Source: Rebecca billardiae RCC1528 (Eukaryota; Protista; Haptophyta). Taken from it: a DNA stretch of 64,000 nt. How positions within the stretch are numbered: the stretch's first letter is position 1; each line of letters opens with the position of its first letter. Shown piece by piece: positions 35,368 to 46,700 of the stretch. The stretch is taken from positions 744,001 to 808,000 of the forward strand of contig OZ251247.1 of assembly GCA_965240325.2 (NCBI GenBank), in the 5' to 3' direction. The position numbers and the translations under genes were made by a program. The notes below the pieces were generated by a model, which was not told where the DNA came from, searched no databases, and worked only from the letters and a program-made list of their open reading frames with translations.

Positions 35368-35904
35368 GCAGCAGGTCGCTGCCAGCTACACACCTGCGCA
35401 CTGCCGTACGCGCCCGAGCTGCATTGCAGCACAGCTCCCCAGCTTTGAGCGGCAGTGTGGCTGCTGCCGATAACGTGCGATGACGTGCCGCCACAGCATC
35501 ATGATTCATGCCCGCCGTGATCGGGACGCGGTCACGGCGTCGGATGATCCAGTCGCTCGTCTCCGGGCATGGTGACAGGCGTCTCGGATGAACATGGGTG
35601 CCAGCCGCGCCGCGTGGCTGCCCGTCCGACGCGGCACTCAATGCCCCATCACCAATACATCAACCGATGCGGCATCGCGGCGGGCTAAATAGACTTCTTG
35701 GCGCGGGTCATTCGGGCGCAAATCACGGCGCGCGGAATAGCGGATGGGTCGCAATAGCGGATTGGCGGATTAGCGCGCGCGCGAGGAATAAATAATAAAC
35801 TCCGCGCTTGTCATGGTGAGCGGCCAACCGTCGTCGTCCCCGTCATCGAATTTCCGCCGTCTCTCCCGCTCTCGGTCGCGGCGTCGAGCCTTGAACGACG
35901 AATA

Positions 35905-37347
35905 ATGCCGCCATCACCGCTGGCGCGCCTGCCAGCGGAGCTGGTGGAGCGCATCCTCAGCCACCTCGACGACGCGCACGACCTCGCCGCCGCCAACGGC
36001 ACATCGCGCCTCTTCCGCGGCGTGCCACCCGCCGGCCGCTCGCCGGTCGAGCTCGCTCTGCGCGAGCGCGCACGCGCGCGGGGCCACGAGCGCGCGCTGC
36101 CGGCCGTGCTCCCGCCCAGCGCGTGCACGTGGACCGCGCTGTTGCTCGTGCGTGAGCGCGTGCACTCGCTGGCGTGCCTGCAAGCTTGCCCGATTGCGTG
36201 CGGCGACGGCTTCAGTGCGTTTGTGGACGCGGAGGGCGGGCTGCATACGTGCGGCGAGGAGGAGGTGCAGGACGACGACACCGGGGAGCCCACGGGAGAG
36301 CACGTTGCACCGACGGCGCTGGGTCACGCGGATGCGGCCGTGGTCGTGGTGCCGACGCGCGTGGTCTCTCTTCCCGCGGTGCGCGTGGTCGCGGTGGCCT
36401 CTGGCATCGGCCACCTGCTCGCGCTGAGCGATACTGGGATGGTGTACGGCTGCGGCAACAACTGCCACGGCCAGCTCGGGCTGGGGGATAGAAAGGGGCG
36501 GCGTTTGTTCGCCGTTGCCACAGCCCTGCGTGCCGATGTCGTCGTGGCCGTCGCGGCCGGCTTCTGCCATAGCCTCGCGCTCACCTCCGCTGGCTGTGCG
36601 TACAGCTGGGGCCACAACCACCGCGGCCAGCTCGGCCACGGCGACACTAAGCAGCGGTGGGAGCCGACGCGCATCGAGGCGCTGGACGGCGTGTGCGTGG
36701 GCGGTGTTTCATCTAGTGATGGACACACGCTGCTGCTGTCTGCAAGCGGTGCTGTCTTCTCGTTCGGACTCGGCTCCTGTGGCCAGCTCGGCCACGGCGA
36801 CGAGCAGGATGAGCTCACGCCGAGGCGCATCGAGGCGCTCGCTGGCGTACGCGCCGTGCACGTGAGTGCGGGCAGTTACCACAGCCTGGTGGTGGATGCG
36901 GATGGCGTCGTGCGTTCGTTCGGCTCGGGACGTGACGGGCAGCTGGGGCACGGCGATGGGTTTGCCAGCGCCGTGCCCGAGCGCATCGAGGCGCTGGCGG
37001 GCGTGCATGCAGTGTGTGCGTGCGCTGGCGAAGGCAGCAGCGCGGTGCTGGGCGCGGACGGCAGCATGCACGCGTTTGGGGACAACTGGTACGGCCAGCT
37101 GGGCACCGGGCACACGGTTCGTTACGAGATGGCGCCTGCACGGCTGGCAGCGTTGGCGCACACGCGCGTGGTGCGCTGCGCCACGGGCATAAGCCACTCG
37201 CTGTTTGAGACGGCGGACGGAGACGTGTACGCGTGCGGAGAGCAGGGTGGCGCGCTCGGCCTCGGCCTCCGCATGGCTGCCGGCGACGAGCGGAGCCACG
37301 TGGCCACGCCTGCATTGGTCGGGTCCCGGCGGAGCGCGTTCCGCTGA
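35905..37347 (+). CDS. F-box + RCC1-repeat protein, copy 11
   Basis: 480 aa; differs from copy 10 largely at loop sites (GYG/GDG, SGSG/SGIG, DNGY/NNCH). Confidence 0.9.
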   Translation: MPPSPLARLPAELVERILSHLDDAHDLAAANGTSRLFRGVPPAGRSPVELALRERARARGHERALPAVLPPSACTWTALLLVRERVHSLACLQACPIACGDGFSAFVDAEGGLHTCGEEEVQDDDTGEPTGEHVAPTALGHADAAVVVVPTRVVSLPAVRVVAVASGIGHLLALSDTGMVYGCGNNCHGQLGLGDRKGRRLFAVATALRADVVVAVAAGFCHSLALTSAGCAYSWGHNHRGQLGHGDTKQRWEPTRIEALDGVCVGGVSSSDGHTLLLSASGAVFSFGLGSCGQLGHGDEQDELTPRRIEALAGVRAVHVSAGSYHSLVVDADGVVRSFGSGRDGQLGHGDGFASAVPERIEALAGVHAVCACAGEGSSAVLGADGSMHAFGDNWYGQLGTGHTVRYEMAPARLAALAHTRVVRCATGISHSLFETADGDVYACGEQGGALGLGLRMAAGDERSHVATPALVGSRRSAFR

Positions 37348-37902
37348 GCAGCAGGTCGCTGCCAGCTACACACCTGCGCACTGCCGTACGCGCCCGAGCT
37401 GCATTGCAGCACAGCTCCCCAGCTTTGAGCGGCAGTGTGGCCGCTGCCGATAACGTGCGATGACGTGCCGCCACAGCATCATGATTCATGTCCGCCTTGA
37501 TCGGGCCCGGACGCGGTCACGGCGTCGGATGATGATGACGATCCAGTCGCTCGTCTCCGGAGTCCGGGCATGGTGACAGGCGTCTCGGATGAACATGGGT
37601 GCCAGCCGCGCCGCGTGGCTGCCCAATCCGACGCGGCACTTAGCAATGACTCATCACCAATACATCATCAGCCGATGCGGCATCGCGGCGGGCTAAATAG
37701 ACTTCTTGGCGCGGGTCATTCGGGCGCAAATCACGGCGCGCGGAATAGCGGATGGGTCGCGATATAGCGGATTAGCGCGCGCGCGAGGAATAAATAATAA
37801 ACTCCGCGCTTGTCATGGTGAGCGTGGCCAACCGTCGTCCCCCTCATCGAATTTTCGCCGTCTCTCCCGCTCTCGGTCGCGGCGTCGAGCCTTGAACGAC
37901 GA

Positions 37903-39345
37903 ATGCCGCCATCACCGCTGGCGCGCCTGCCAGCGGAGCTGGTGGAGCGCGTCCTCAGCCACCTCGACGACGCGCACGACCTCGCCGCCGCCAACGGCAC
38001 ATCGCGCCTCTTCCGTGGTGCGCCGCCCGCTGGCCGCTCGCCGGTCGAGCTCGCTCTGCGCGAGCGCGCACGCGCGCGGGGCCACGAGCGCGCGCTGCCG
38101 GCCGTGCTCCCGCCCAGCGCGTGCACGTGGACCGCGCTGTTGCTCGTGCGTGAGCGCGTGTACTCGCTGGCGTGCCTGCAAGCTTGCCCGATTGCGTGCG
38201 GCTACGACTTCAGTGCGTTTGTGGACGCGGAGGGCGGGCTGCATACGTGCGGCGAGGAGGAGGAGGTGGACGAGATCACCGGGGACCGCACGGGAGAGCA
38301 CGTTGCACCGACGGCGCTGGGTCACGCGGATGCGGCCGTGGTCGTGGTGCCGACGCGCGTGGTCTCTCTGTCCGCGGTGCGCGTGGTCGCGGTGGCCGCT
38401 GGCTGGGGCCACCTGCTCGCGCTGAGCGATACTGGGATGGTGTACGGCTGCGGCGACAACCACCACGGCCAGCTCGGGCTGGGGGACAGGAAGGAGCGGC
38501 GTTCGTTCGCTGTTGCCACAGCTCTGCGTGCCGATGTCGTCGTGGCCGTCGCGGCCGGCTTCTGTCATAGCCTCGCGCTCACGGCTGCCGGCGCGGCGTA
38601 CAGCTGGGGCTACAACTACCACTGACGGCTCGGCCACGGCGACACGGAGGAGCGGTTGGAGCCGACGCGCATCGAGGCGCTGGACGGCGTGCGCGTGGGC
38701 GGTGTTTCAGCTGGTGATAGACACACGCTGCTACTCTCGACCAGTGGGGCCGTGTACTCGTGCGGCAGTGGCTCCTGTGGCGAGCTTGGCCACGGCGACC
38801 GGCAGGATCAGCTCGCGCCGAGGCGCATCGAGGCGCTCGCTGGCGTGCGCGCCGTGCACGTGAACGCGGGCAGTTACCACAGCCTGGTGGTGGGTGCGGA
38901 TGGCGTCGTGCGTTCGTTCGGCTCGGGGCGTGACGGGGAGCTGGGGCACGGCGATGGGTTCGCCAGCGCCGTGCCCGAGCGCATCGAGGCGTTGGTGGGC
39001 GTGCATGCAGTGTGTGCGTGCGCTGGCGAAGACAGCAGCGCGGTGCTAGGCGCGGACGGCAGCATGCACGCGTTTGGGGACAACAGGTACGGCCGGCTGG
39101 GCACCGGGCACACGGTTCGTTACGAGATGGCGCCTGCACTGCTGGCAGCGTTGGCGCACACGCGCGTGGTGCGCTGTGCCACGAGCATGTGCCACTCGCT
39201 GTTTGAGACGGCGGACGGAGACGTGTACGCGTGCGGAGAGCAGGGTGGCGCGCTCGGCCTCGGCCTCCGCATGGCTGCCGGCGACGAGCGGAGCCACGTG
39301 GCAACGCCTGCATTGGTCGGGTCCCGGCGGAGCGCGTTCCGCTGA
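37903..39345 (+). pseudogene. F-box + RCC1-repeat copy 12 with an in-frame stop
   Basis: TGA at 38623-38625 replaces the conserved Gly of GxNxx-G-QLG (YNYH*RLGHG). The frame continues intact to 39345. Confidence 0.85.
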
Positions 39346-39929
39346 GCAGCAGGTCGCTGCCAGCTACACACCTGCGCACTGCCGTACGCGCCCGAGCTGC
39401 ATTGTAGCACAGCTCCCCAGCTTTGAGCGGCAGTGTGGCCGCTGCCGATAACGTGCGATGACGTGCCGCCACAGCATCATGATTCATGTCCGCCTTGATC
39501 GGGCCCGGACGCGGTCACGGCGTCGGATCGGATCCAGTCGCTCGTCTCCGGAGTCCGGGCATGGTGACCGAGGCGTCACGCGGATGAACATGGGTGCCAG
39601 CCGCGCCGCGTGGCACTGGCTGCCCGTCCGACGCGGCACTTAGCAATGACTACTCATCACCAATACATCATCAGCCGATGCGGCATCGCGGCGGGCTGAA
39701 TAGACTTCTTGGCGCGGGTCATTCGGGCGCAAATCACGGCGCGCGGAATAGCGGATGGGTCGCGATAGCGGATTAGCGCGCGCGCGAGGAATAAATAATA
39801 AACTCCGCGCTTGTCATGGTGAGCGGGCTGAGCGGCCAACCAACCGCCCTTGGGCCAACCGTCGTCCCCGTCATCGAATTTTCGCCGTCTCTCCCGCTCT
39901 CGGTCGCGGCGTCGAGCCTTGAACGACGA

Positions 39930-41379
39930 ATGCCGCCATCACCGCTGGCGCGCCTGCCAGCGGAGCTGGTGGAGCGCATCCTCAGCCACCTCGACGACGC
40001 GCACGACCTCGCCGCCGCCAACGGCACATCGCGCCTCTTCCGTGGTGCGCCGCCCGCTGGCCGCTCGCCGGTCGAGCTCGCTCTGCGCGAGCGCGCACGC
40101 GCGCGGGGCCACGAGCGCGCGCTGCCGGCCGTGCTCCCGCCCAGCGCGTGCACGTGGACCGCGCTGTTGCTCGTGCGTGAGCGCGTGCACTCGCTGGCGT
40201 GCCTACAAGCTTGCCCGATTGCGTGCGGCAGCAGCTTCAGCGCGTTTGTGGACGCGGAGGGCGGGCTGCACACGTGCTGCGAGGAGAAGGAGGTGGACGA
40301 GGACACCGGCTGGCTAACGGGCGTGTTCGTTGGGCCTCCGGCGCTGGGCCACGTTGATGCGCCCGCGGTTGTGGTGCCGACGCGCGTGGCCTCGCTCTCC
40401 GCGGTGCGCACGGTCGCTGTCGCCGCAGGCCAGTCCCATCTTCTTGCGCTGAGCGAGGCCGGCGCCGTGTGCGGCTGCGGCGGCAACTGGAGAGGCCAAC
40501 TCGGGCTGGGAGACACGGCCACGCGGCGGACGTTCGAGCTGATTCGCTGTTTGGACCCCCATGCCGTCGCATGCATTGCCGCAGGCGATGGGCACAGCCT
40601 CGCGCTCACCGCCGCTGGCTGCGCGTACAGCTGGGGCTTCAACGACTGCGGCCAGCTCGGCCACGGCGACGAGGAGGACCGGTGGGAGCTGACGCGCATC
40701 GAGGCGCTGGACGGCGTGCGCGTGGGCGGCGTTGCAGCCGGGGATGGACACACGCTACTGCTCTCGGCGCAAGGCGCGGTCTACACGTGCGGTATCGGCT
40801 CCTGGGGCCGTCTAGGCCACGGCGACCAGCAGGATCAGAACACGCCGAGGCGCTAGCGGGCGTGCGCGCCGTGCACGTGAGCGCTGGCGAGGCGCACAGC
40901 CTGGTGGTGGACGCGGTGGGGCGCGTGCGCTCGTTCGGCATGGGGATTTGCGGGCAGCTCGGGCACGGCGATCGGTCCTGCAGCGCCGTGCCCTCGCGCA
41001 TCGAGGCCCTGGCCGGCATGTGTGCCGTGCACGCGTGCGCTGGCCGTTTCAGCAGCAGTGCAGTGGTGTGCTCGGACGGCAGCGTGCACACGTTCGGGGA
41101 CAGCGGCAGTGGCCAGCTGGGCATCGGGCGCGCGGATGGCGATCGGCCGGCGCCTACACGTGTGGTCGCCCTGGCACACATGCGTGTGGTGCGCTGCGCC
41201 ATGCTCGTACGCCAGTCGCTGTTTGAGACGGCGGGCGGAGGCGTGTACGCGTGCGGAGCGCACTCAGCCGCACTCGGCCTCGGCCTCGTCTGCGGTGGGG
41301 ATCCTACCCACGTCGGCGAGCAGCTTGGCAAGTGGCCACGCCTGCGTTGGTCGGGTCCCTGCGGACCGCGTTCCGCTGA
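39930..41379 (+). pseudogene. F-box + RCC1-repeat copy 13, frameshifted
   Basis: 10-nt deletion between GAGGCGC direct repeats near 40846-40853 gives TAG at 40854-40856. A second shift near 41330 puts the family terminus VATPALVGSLRTAFR* (TGA 41377-41379) out of frame. Confidence 0.85.
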
Positions 41380-41566
41380 GCGGCAACTTGATCGGTCCGA
41401 TCGGTCCGAGCTGCACACCTCGGTGCCGTGTCTGAGCAGAGGCCATTGTTACCATAGCACGGCCGCAGGCCTCGCAGGTCCGCGCCCCACGGCCAGTGCG
41501 CAAATAAAAGCAAAATAGTCAACCACGGAGACTGACACCGTGACCGTCTGCGCGCTGCCGTCTGGG

Positions 41567-42682
41567 CAAGGGAGTCAAGGGTGCCCGCGCCCCAGTGGCG
41601 CGCTCGCCGGATGTGAGGATACACCTTTTTGCCCGCGGCCTGCGGCGGGCGGCGGCGAGGGCGTGCTCCGCTGACCGCTGGCGGGGCGAGCGCACGGGGC
41701 ACGGCGCTGCGGGCGCGGATGTGCCCGCGAAGCCGGCGCGTGCAGACGGGCTGTTGCGGGAGAGTATTCGGCGCCCTCCTGCGCCGCGCGACTTGCGCCA
41801 CGCCTCTTTCGCCTCGGCTCAGAGCAGCGCGCACGCACGCGCCGCCTCAAGGCCAGCCTTGCCGCGCCGCAGCCGGCCGCGCGCGTGCCGTGCGCGGCGC
41901 GGTCGGGAAGGAACGGGCGCTGCTGCCGGGCGAGATGGCAAAGGCAGATGCGCACGCCATGCCGCCCCGCGGCGCCTTGATGAGCGTGTCGTCGGTCTGT
42001 TTGCATGCCTCTTCGACTTGTCACAAATGGTGTGCACGGCTGCGCGGTCGTGACCCTTGTTGGGACGATCATTGAGACAGAGAATAGTGCCAGACGGGCA
42101 CGCGGGCTACTCTTACATGCATGTTCATCACCGCGTGTTCATGTAGAAGTGCTGGGTGCGACGCTTTCCTCGCGCTGATGCTCTTTCATCATCTTCTGCG
42201 AGCTCAGGTCTGGCTTCGTGCACGACAAGTGATCAGCACTCGTCAACAGCTGTGCGGATCCGTTCTCGTGCTCTTTCGCGGCGCCGCGGGGCGGCATGGC
42301 GTGCGCACATGCGTTTGCCATCTCGCCCGGCAGCAGCGCCCGTTCCTTCCCGACCGCGCCGCGCACGGCACGCGCGCGGCCGGCTGCGGCGCGGCAAGGC
42401 TGGCCTTGAGGCGGCGCGTGCGTGCGCGCTGCTCTGAGCCGAGGCGAAAGAGGCGTGGCGCAAGTCGCGCGGCGCAGGAGGGCGCCGAATACTCTCCTGC
42501 AACAGCCCGTCTGCACGCGCCGGCTTCGCGGGCACATCCGCGCCCGCAGCGCCGTGCCCCGTGCGCTCGCCCCGCCAGCGGAGCACGCCCTCGCCGCCGC
42601 CCGCCGCAGGCCGCGGGCAAAAAGGTGTATCCTCACATCCGGCGAGCGCGCCACTGGGGCGCGGGCACCCTTGACTCCCTTG
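41567..42682. mobile_element. 1116-bp foldback element with ~400-bp TIRs, CA...TG ends, 7-bp TSD (P/Galileo-like, non-autonomous)
   Basis: Arms 41567-41976 and 42280-42682 are near-perfect reverse complements (CAAGGGAGTCAAGGGTGCCC...), with one 7-nt indel. GTCTGGG is duplicated at 41560-41566 and 42683-42689. Confidence 0.92.
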
Positions 42683-42825
42683 GTCTGGGCCAGCCGTTGG
42701 CGTGATGGAGAATCGGTCCTACAGTATTTCGCGGGTCGGCCGTCGTCGGGGACCAATCTCGCCCTCTTGCTGCGTGCGCGCCACGAAGGAGCGGTCCCGC
42801 ACTTCCGGTCCCCCCTTTAGCGCCC

Positions 42826-43653
42826 ATGCCCGCATCGCTGAAAGCGCGCTACGGCGAGTGGGCGCTCGTGACCGGGGGTCACTCCGGCATCGGGTTCGAG
42901 CTCTCCGACCAGCTCGCCGCGGCCGGCGTCAACCTCGTCATCGCCGCGCGCACGCAGTCGGCGCTCGACGAGGCGGCGTCCAAACTCAAGCAGGCGCACG
43001 GCGTCGAGGTGCGCACGGTCGCGGCCGACATGTCGTCGGAGGCGGGCGTGGAGAAGGTGATCGCGGCGTGCGCCGAGCTGGAGATCGGCCTCCTCGTCGC
43101 CAACGCGGGCGTGGAGCAGCACGGCCACTTCGTCGCCATGGACGCCAAGAAGCTCTCCGGCATGGTCGGCCTGAACGTGATGGCGCCGACGATGCTTGCG
43201 CACCACTTCGGCGCGGCGATGGTGAAGCGCGGGCGGGGCGCGATCCTGCTCACCTCGAGCATCATTGGCTGGAACCCCACGCCGTACTTCAGCGCGTACT
43301 GCGCCACCAAGGCGTACGTCAACATGCTCGGCGAGTCGCTCTCCGCCGAGCTTGCCGAGCACGGCGTCGACGTCTCGGTCATCTCACCCGGCGCGACGGA
43401 GACGCCGATGATCGCCAACTCGGGGATGGACATGGCCAAGGCGCCGTTCCCGCTGGGCAAGCCGCGGGACGTGGCGACCGTCGGCCTGCGCGCGCTCGGC
43501 TCGAGCGCGAACGCCATCCCGGGCCTCGCCAACCGCGTGATGGTCTGCCTGCAGACGCGCCTCTTCCCGCGCGCGCTCGTCGGCGCGATGGGCCGCTCGG
43601 TCCTCAAGGGGGCCCTGGGCCTGCAAGGCCACCCGTTCGCGGCCAAGCAGTAG
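42826..43653 (+). CDS. Classical short-chain dehydrogenase/reductase
   Basis: YGEWALVTGGHSGIG (TGxxxGxG), LVANAG, LTSS, YCATK (YxxxK), ISPGATET; intronless. Confidence 0.92.
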   Translation: MPASLKARYGEWALVTGGHSGIGFELSDQLAAAGVNLVIAARTQSALDEAASKLKQAHGVEVRTVAADMSSEAGVEKVIAACAELEIGLLVANAGVEQHGHFVAMDAKKLSGMVGLNVMAPTMLAHHFGAAMVKRGRGAILLTSSIIGWNPTPYFSAYCATKAYVNMLGESLSAELAEHGVDVSVISPGATETPMIANSGMDMAKAPFPLGKPRDVATVGLRALGSSANAIPGLANRVMVCLQTRLFPRALVGAMGRSVLKGALGLQGHPFAAKQ

Positions 43654-43797
43654 GCGCGGGGCCTTGCGCGTGCGGCATGCTACGCCAGCAGCCCTCCGCT
43701 TAGGCGACTACGCGGCTGTCCGCAACGGGTGGCACTGTATCCGACTGCGTATTACTAATATATATATATATATATACTACCCGTACTTAGTGGGGTC

Positions 43798-46700
43798 CAC
43801 CTCAAAGATGTGCGGGTGCCGTTTCTGGACGCTTCTAGCCTTGATCTCCTGAACATTTGTAGGGGAGATGAGTTTAGTCAGTCGACTGACTAAACTTTTT
43901 CTTCAATCAAGGCTCCTCACGACTAGGCGCCGTCTTGCACGAAATCCCTATCCTCTCGTCTGGCCACGGCCCTTGGTCTGGCGGTCTTGCATCAAATCCT
44001 GGACTCGCGAGGGCAAGGGGTGGGCCCTCTACCTACGGCCGCCAAACCGGTAATACGCGTTCTGAGCCCGGTCTGGTTGCGGGCGGCCCGGGGCCGCCGC
44101 GCCCCGGCTGCCGGGGCGGCGACTCGGGGAGGCGAGCGTTGGCGCGCGCCCGCCGTGGCCGCGGCGGCAGCGGGGTCGTTGGGCCATCCCAGGGGTATCT
44201 GAGCCTCTCGACAAGGGGCCGTGGCTGCGCCTCGCGTGGGCTGTACTGCACGCGGGCAGCCGACACGAATGCGATGCGCCATCCAAGCGCGAGCCCGAGA
44301 GCTTTCGCGACACGGGTGCTGCGCGAGCACGTCTGAAGGAGCGGGCAAGGTCTCGAGAGGAAGCAGGGAGACCACAGAAGTGCTAGCTCGCAACGACAGT
44401 CAGGGAGCGCGAGCCGCCCCGCTGCGCTGCCTGAGCCGGTCGCCCCACGGGCACGGCCACGGGCCACGCGTGGCGGGCAAACGTGACTGCCGCGCGGCAA
44501 GGCTTGGTGAGTGTGTACATGCTTCAAGTGGCTGGTCGCTGGTAGAGCTGCTGCATCCCAATCGCGAGCAGCCAGTAACAGCGACTCGGCCGCGCCGCCG
44601 CGGCCGTGCTCCGCAGTTCTGGTGCCCGCGCGGAACTGACGGTCACGGTTGCGCACCCGCGGGCGGCGAGACCAGTCAGTGGGCCGGCTCTGCCGCCGTC
44701 CCTGAGCGTGACCCGCAGTGGCGTCGCCGGGCTTGCAGGGGGGTCTAAGCCGGCCGCCCGCCCGAACCGGAGCCTGGCACGACCGTATCCGGCCCGCGCC
44801 GCCGCGCGCTGCCACAGTGGCCGGTGGCGGTGGCACGCGTCGGGCCCGCGCAGCCCGCGCGGCCCGCGCCGCCGCGCGGCCCGCGAGCGCGGGCCTCATC
44901 CGACGAATAAGACTGACGAGTATCACGAACGAATATGGCGCCAATGCGGGATAGTGCGACTGGAGTGCTGAGCCGTGACTGACTACGTCATGCCTACCAG
45001 CCGTACGTACATCCCCGCCCACTATTCGGATGGTAGCCCGCGGTCGGCGGCGGCGAGCCGCCGATGATTGTCCCGCCGGTCGCTGTGACATCCTTCCACT
45101 TACGCCAGGTGAAGCGCAGGCCGATGACCGACTGGAAGTCGGTGAACAGGACGAGCTGGTGCGGGCTCTCGGCGAGCGTCGTGGCGGGAGAGAAGATCTC
45201 GGCGTAGTTGTCCGACGCGTTGCCGTTCAGCGGAGCGATCGAGAAGAAGGGCCAGCCGGGGGCGAGCGGCAAGCTCGCGTGAGATGCGAGCTCGAGCTCG
45301 TACCGGCCGCGCAGCCAGCGGCCCAGGCGGTCCTCGGCGAAGAGGTCGATGACGGCAGCATCGTACGCGGTGGCATCGACCTGGACCGATGCGCGCTCGG
45401 CTGCGTGCAAGCCTCGGCAGTGCGCGACGACGCGCGTGAGCAGCCGATCGAAGATCGCCGCCTGCTGCTGCTGGCGGACGCGAATGTGCATCGGCTCCCG
45501 CCACAGGAACTCACGGTACCGCGCGACGAGGTTGTGCACAGCCTCCGCCGGCGGGCGGTACAGCTTCGCGCCGTGCTCGATGGCGACGATGGTGACGTGG
45601 CGATACACCTTACTGCTGGCGAGGCAGCCCGCGACACGGCGCTCGGACTCGACGCACGCCGCAACCAGATCGGCGTCCGCGGCGATGCCAATCTCATCGC
45701 GCCCTGCGCGGCGCGCGCGGGCACGCGCGCAGGACGCGCGTCAACACGGGCGGCGGGGGGGAGCGGGCACGGCGCGCGCGCAGCGGGATCCGATCGTACC
45801 GAGATCGAGCACGTGCTCGTCCGCCTCCCCGAGCAAGCACGGCCGCAGCGGGTAGCCGCGCTGCTGCCCGTCCTCCGCAGCCCCTGTCGTCGTCGGCAGC
45901 ACGATGCCGCCGTCCGGCTGCTTCCAGGCCTTCAGGCCGACACCGAACTCGAATGGCATGCGGGCGGTCGGGAGCTGCGCGATGACCTCCTCGGGTGGCT
46001 CGGTCAGATTCATGTTCGCCACATGCAGCACGTTGCGCTTGGCCTTGAACGGCTGCGGCTCGGACTCGCCCTGCCTGGCATCACAGACGACGGGGCGGAC
46101 GACGACACGCGGTGTTGGCGCGCCGCGGGTATGCGCGCGCAGGGAGGGATCGCGGGCGGGGCGGCGCACCTCGGGCGCTTGAACGCGGTCCATGCATTCA
46201 CGAAGAAGTCCAGTGCGCCCCCGCGCGCGATGAACTCCGCAAGGTTCTTCCACACCATCACCTTGCCATGCACCGTCTCGACCTCGATCTCCTCCTCCTT
46301 CCAGTTGCCGACGTGCTCGTAGACCTCCGCAGGGTGGTAGTCTGCGGTGCGCGTCTTGCCAGGCAAGTCCTCCACGAAGTAGAACCACTTTACCATGAGG
46401 GTCACTGACCCCGCGACGACTTCTTGACGACGCGGCGCACCTGCGCGAGCCCGGCGCGCTCCGAAGGCCTGCCGTTCTTCTGCAGCCACTGCACGACGAC
46501 ATGGTCTCCGATTCCGATATTGATGCCGCGCCAGATGACGCCGACATTCCGCAATCGTCCTCCCCGCGTGGCGGCGGTGACGAGCTCCGGCGCGGTGGCC
46601 GGCGGGAGCTCCCCGCTCCGTCCATGACTTCGACAAACCGCGAGGGGCCGTTCGACCGGCGCTCAGCCGGAACGGAGCGACTCAACCAGGCTCGGCGGTT

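Noticed and set aside
38623-38625. Selenocysteine or programmed readthrough at the copy 12 TGA
   Set aside because: The position is a conserved Gly in paralogues, one substitution from GGA; simple nonsense mutation is more likely.
24040-41379. CRISPR-like repeat-spacer array
   Set aside because: Repeats are ~2-kb gene-plus-spacer units and coding RCC1 repeats; no short regular repeat-spacer structure or cas genes.
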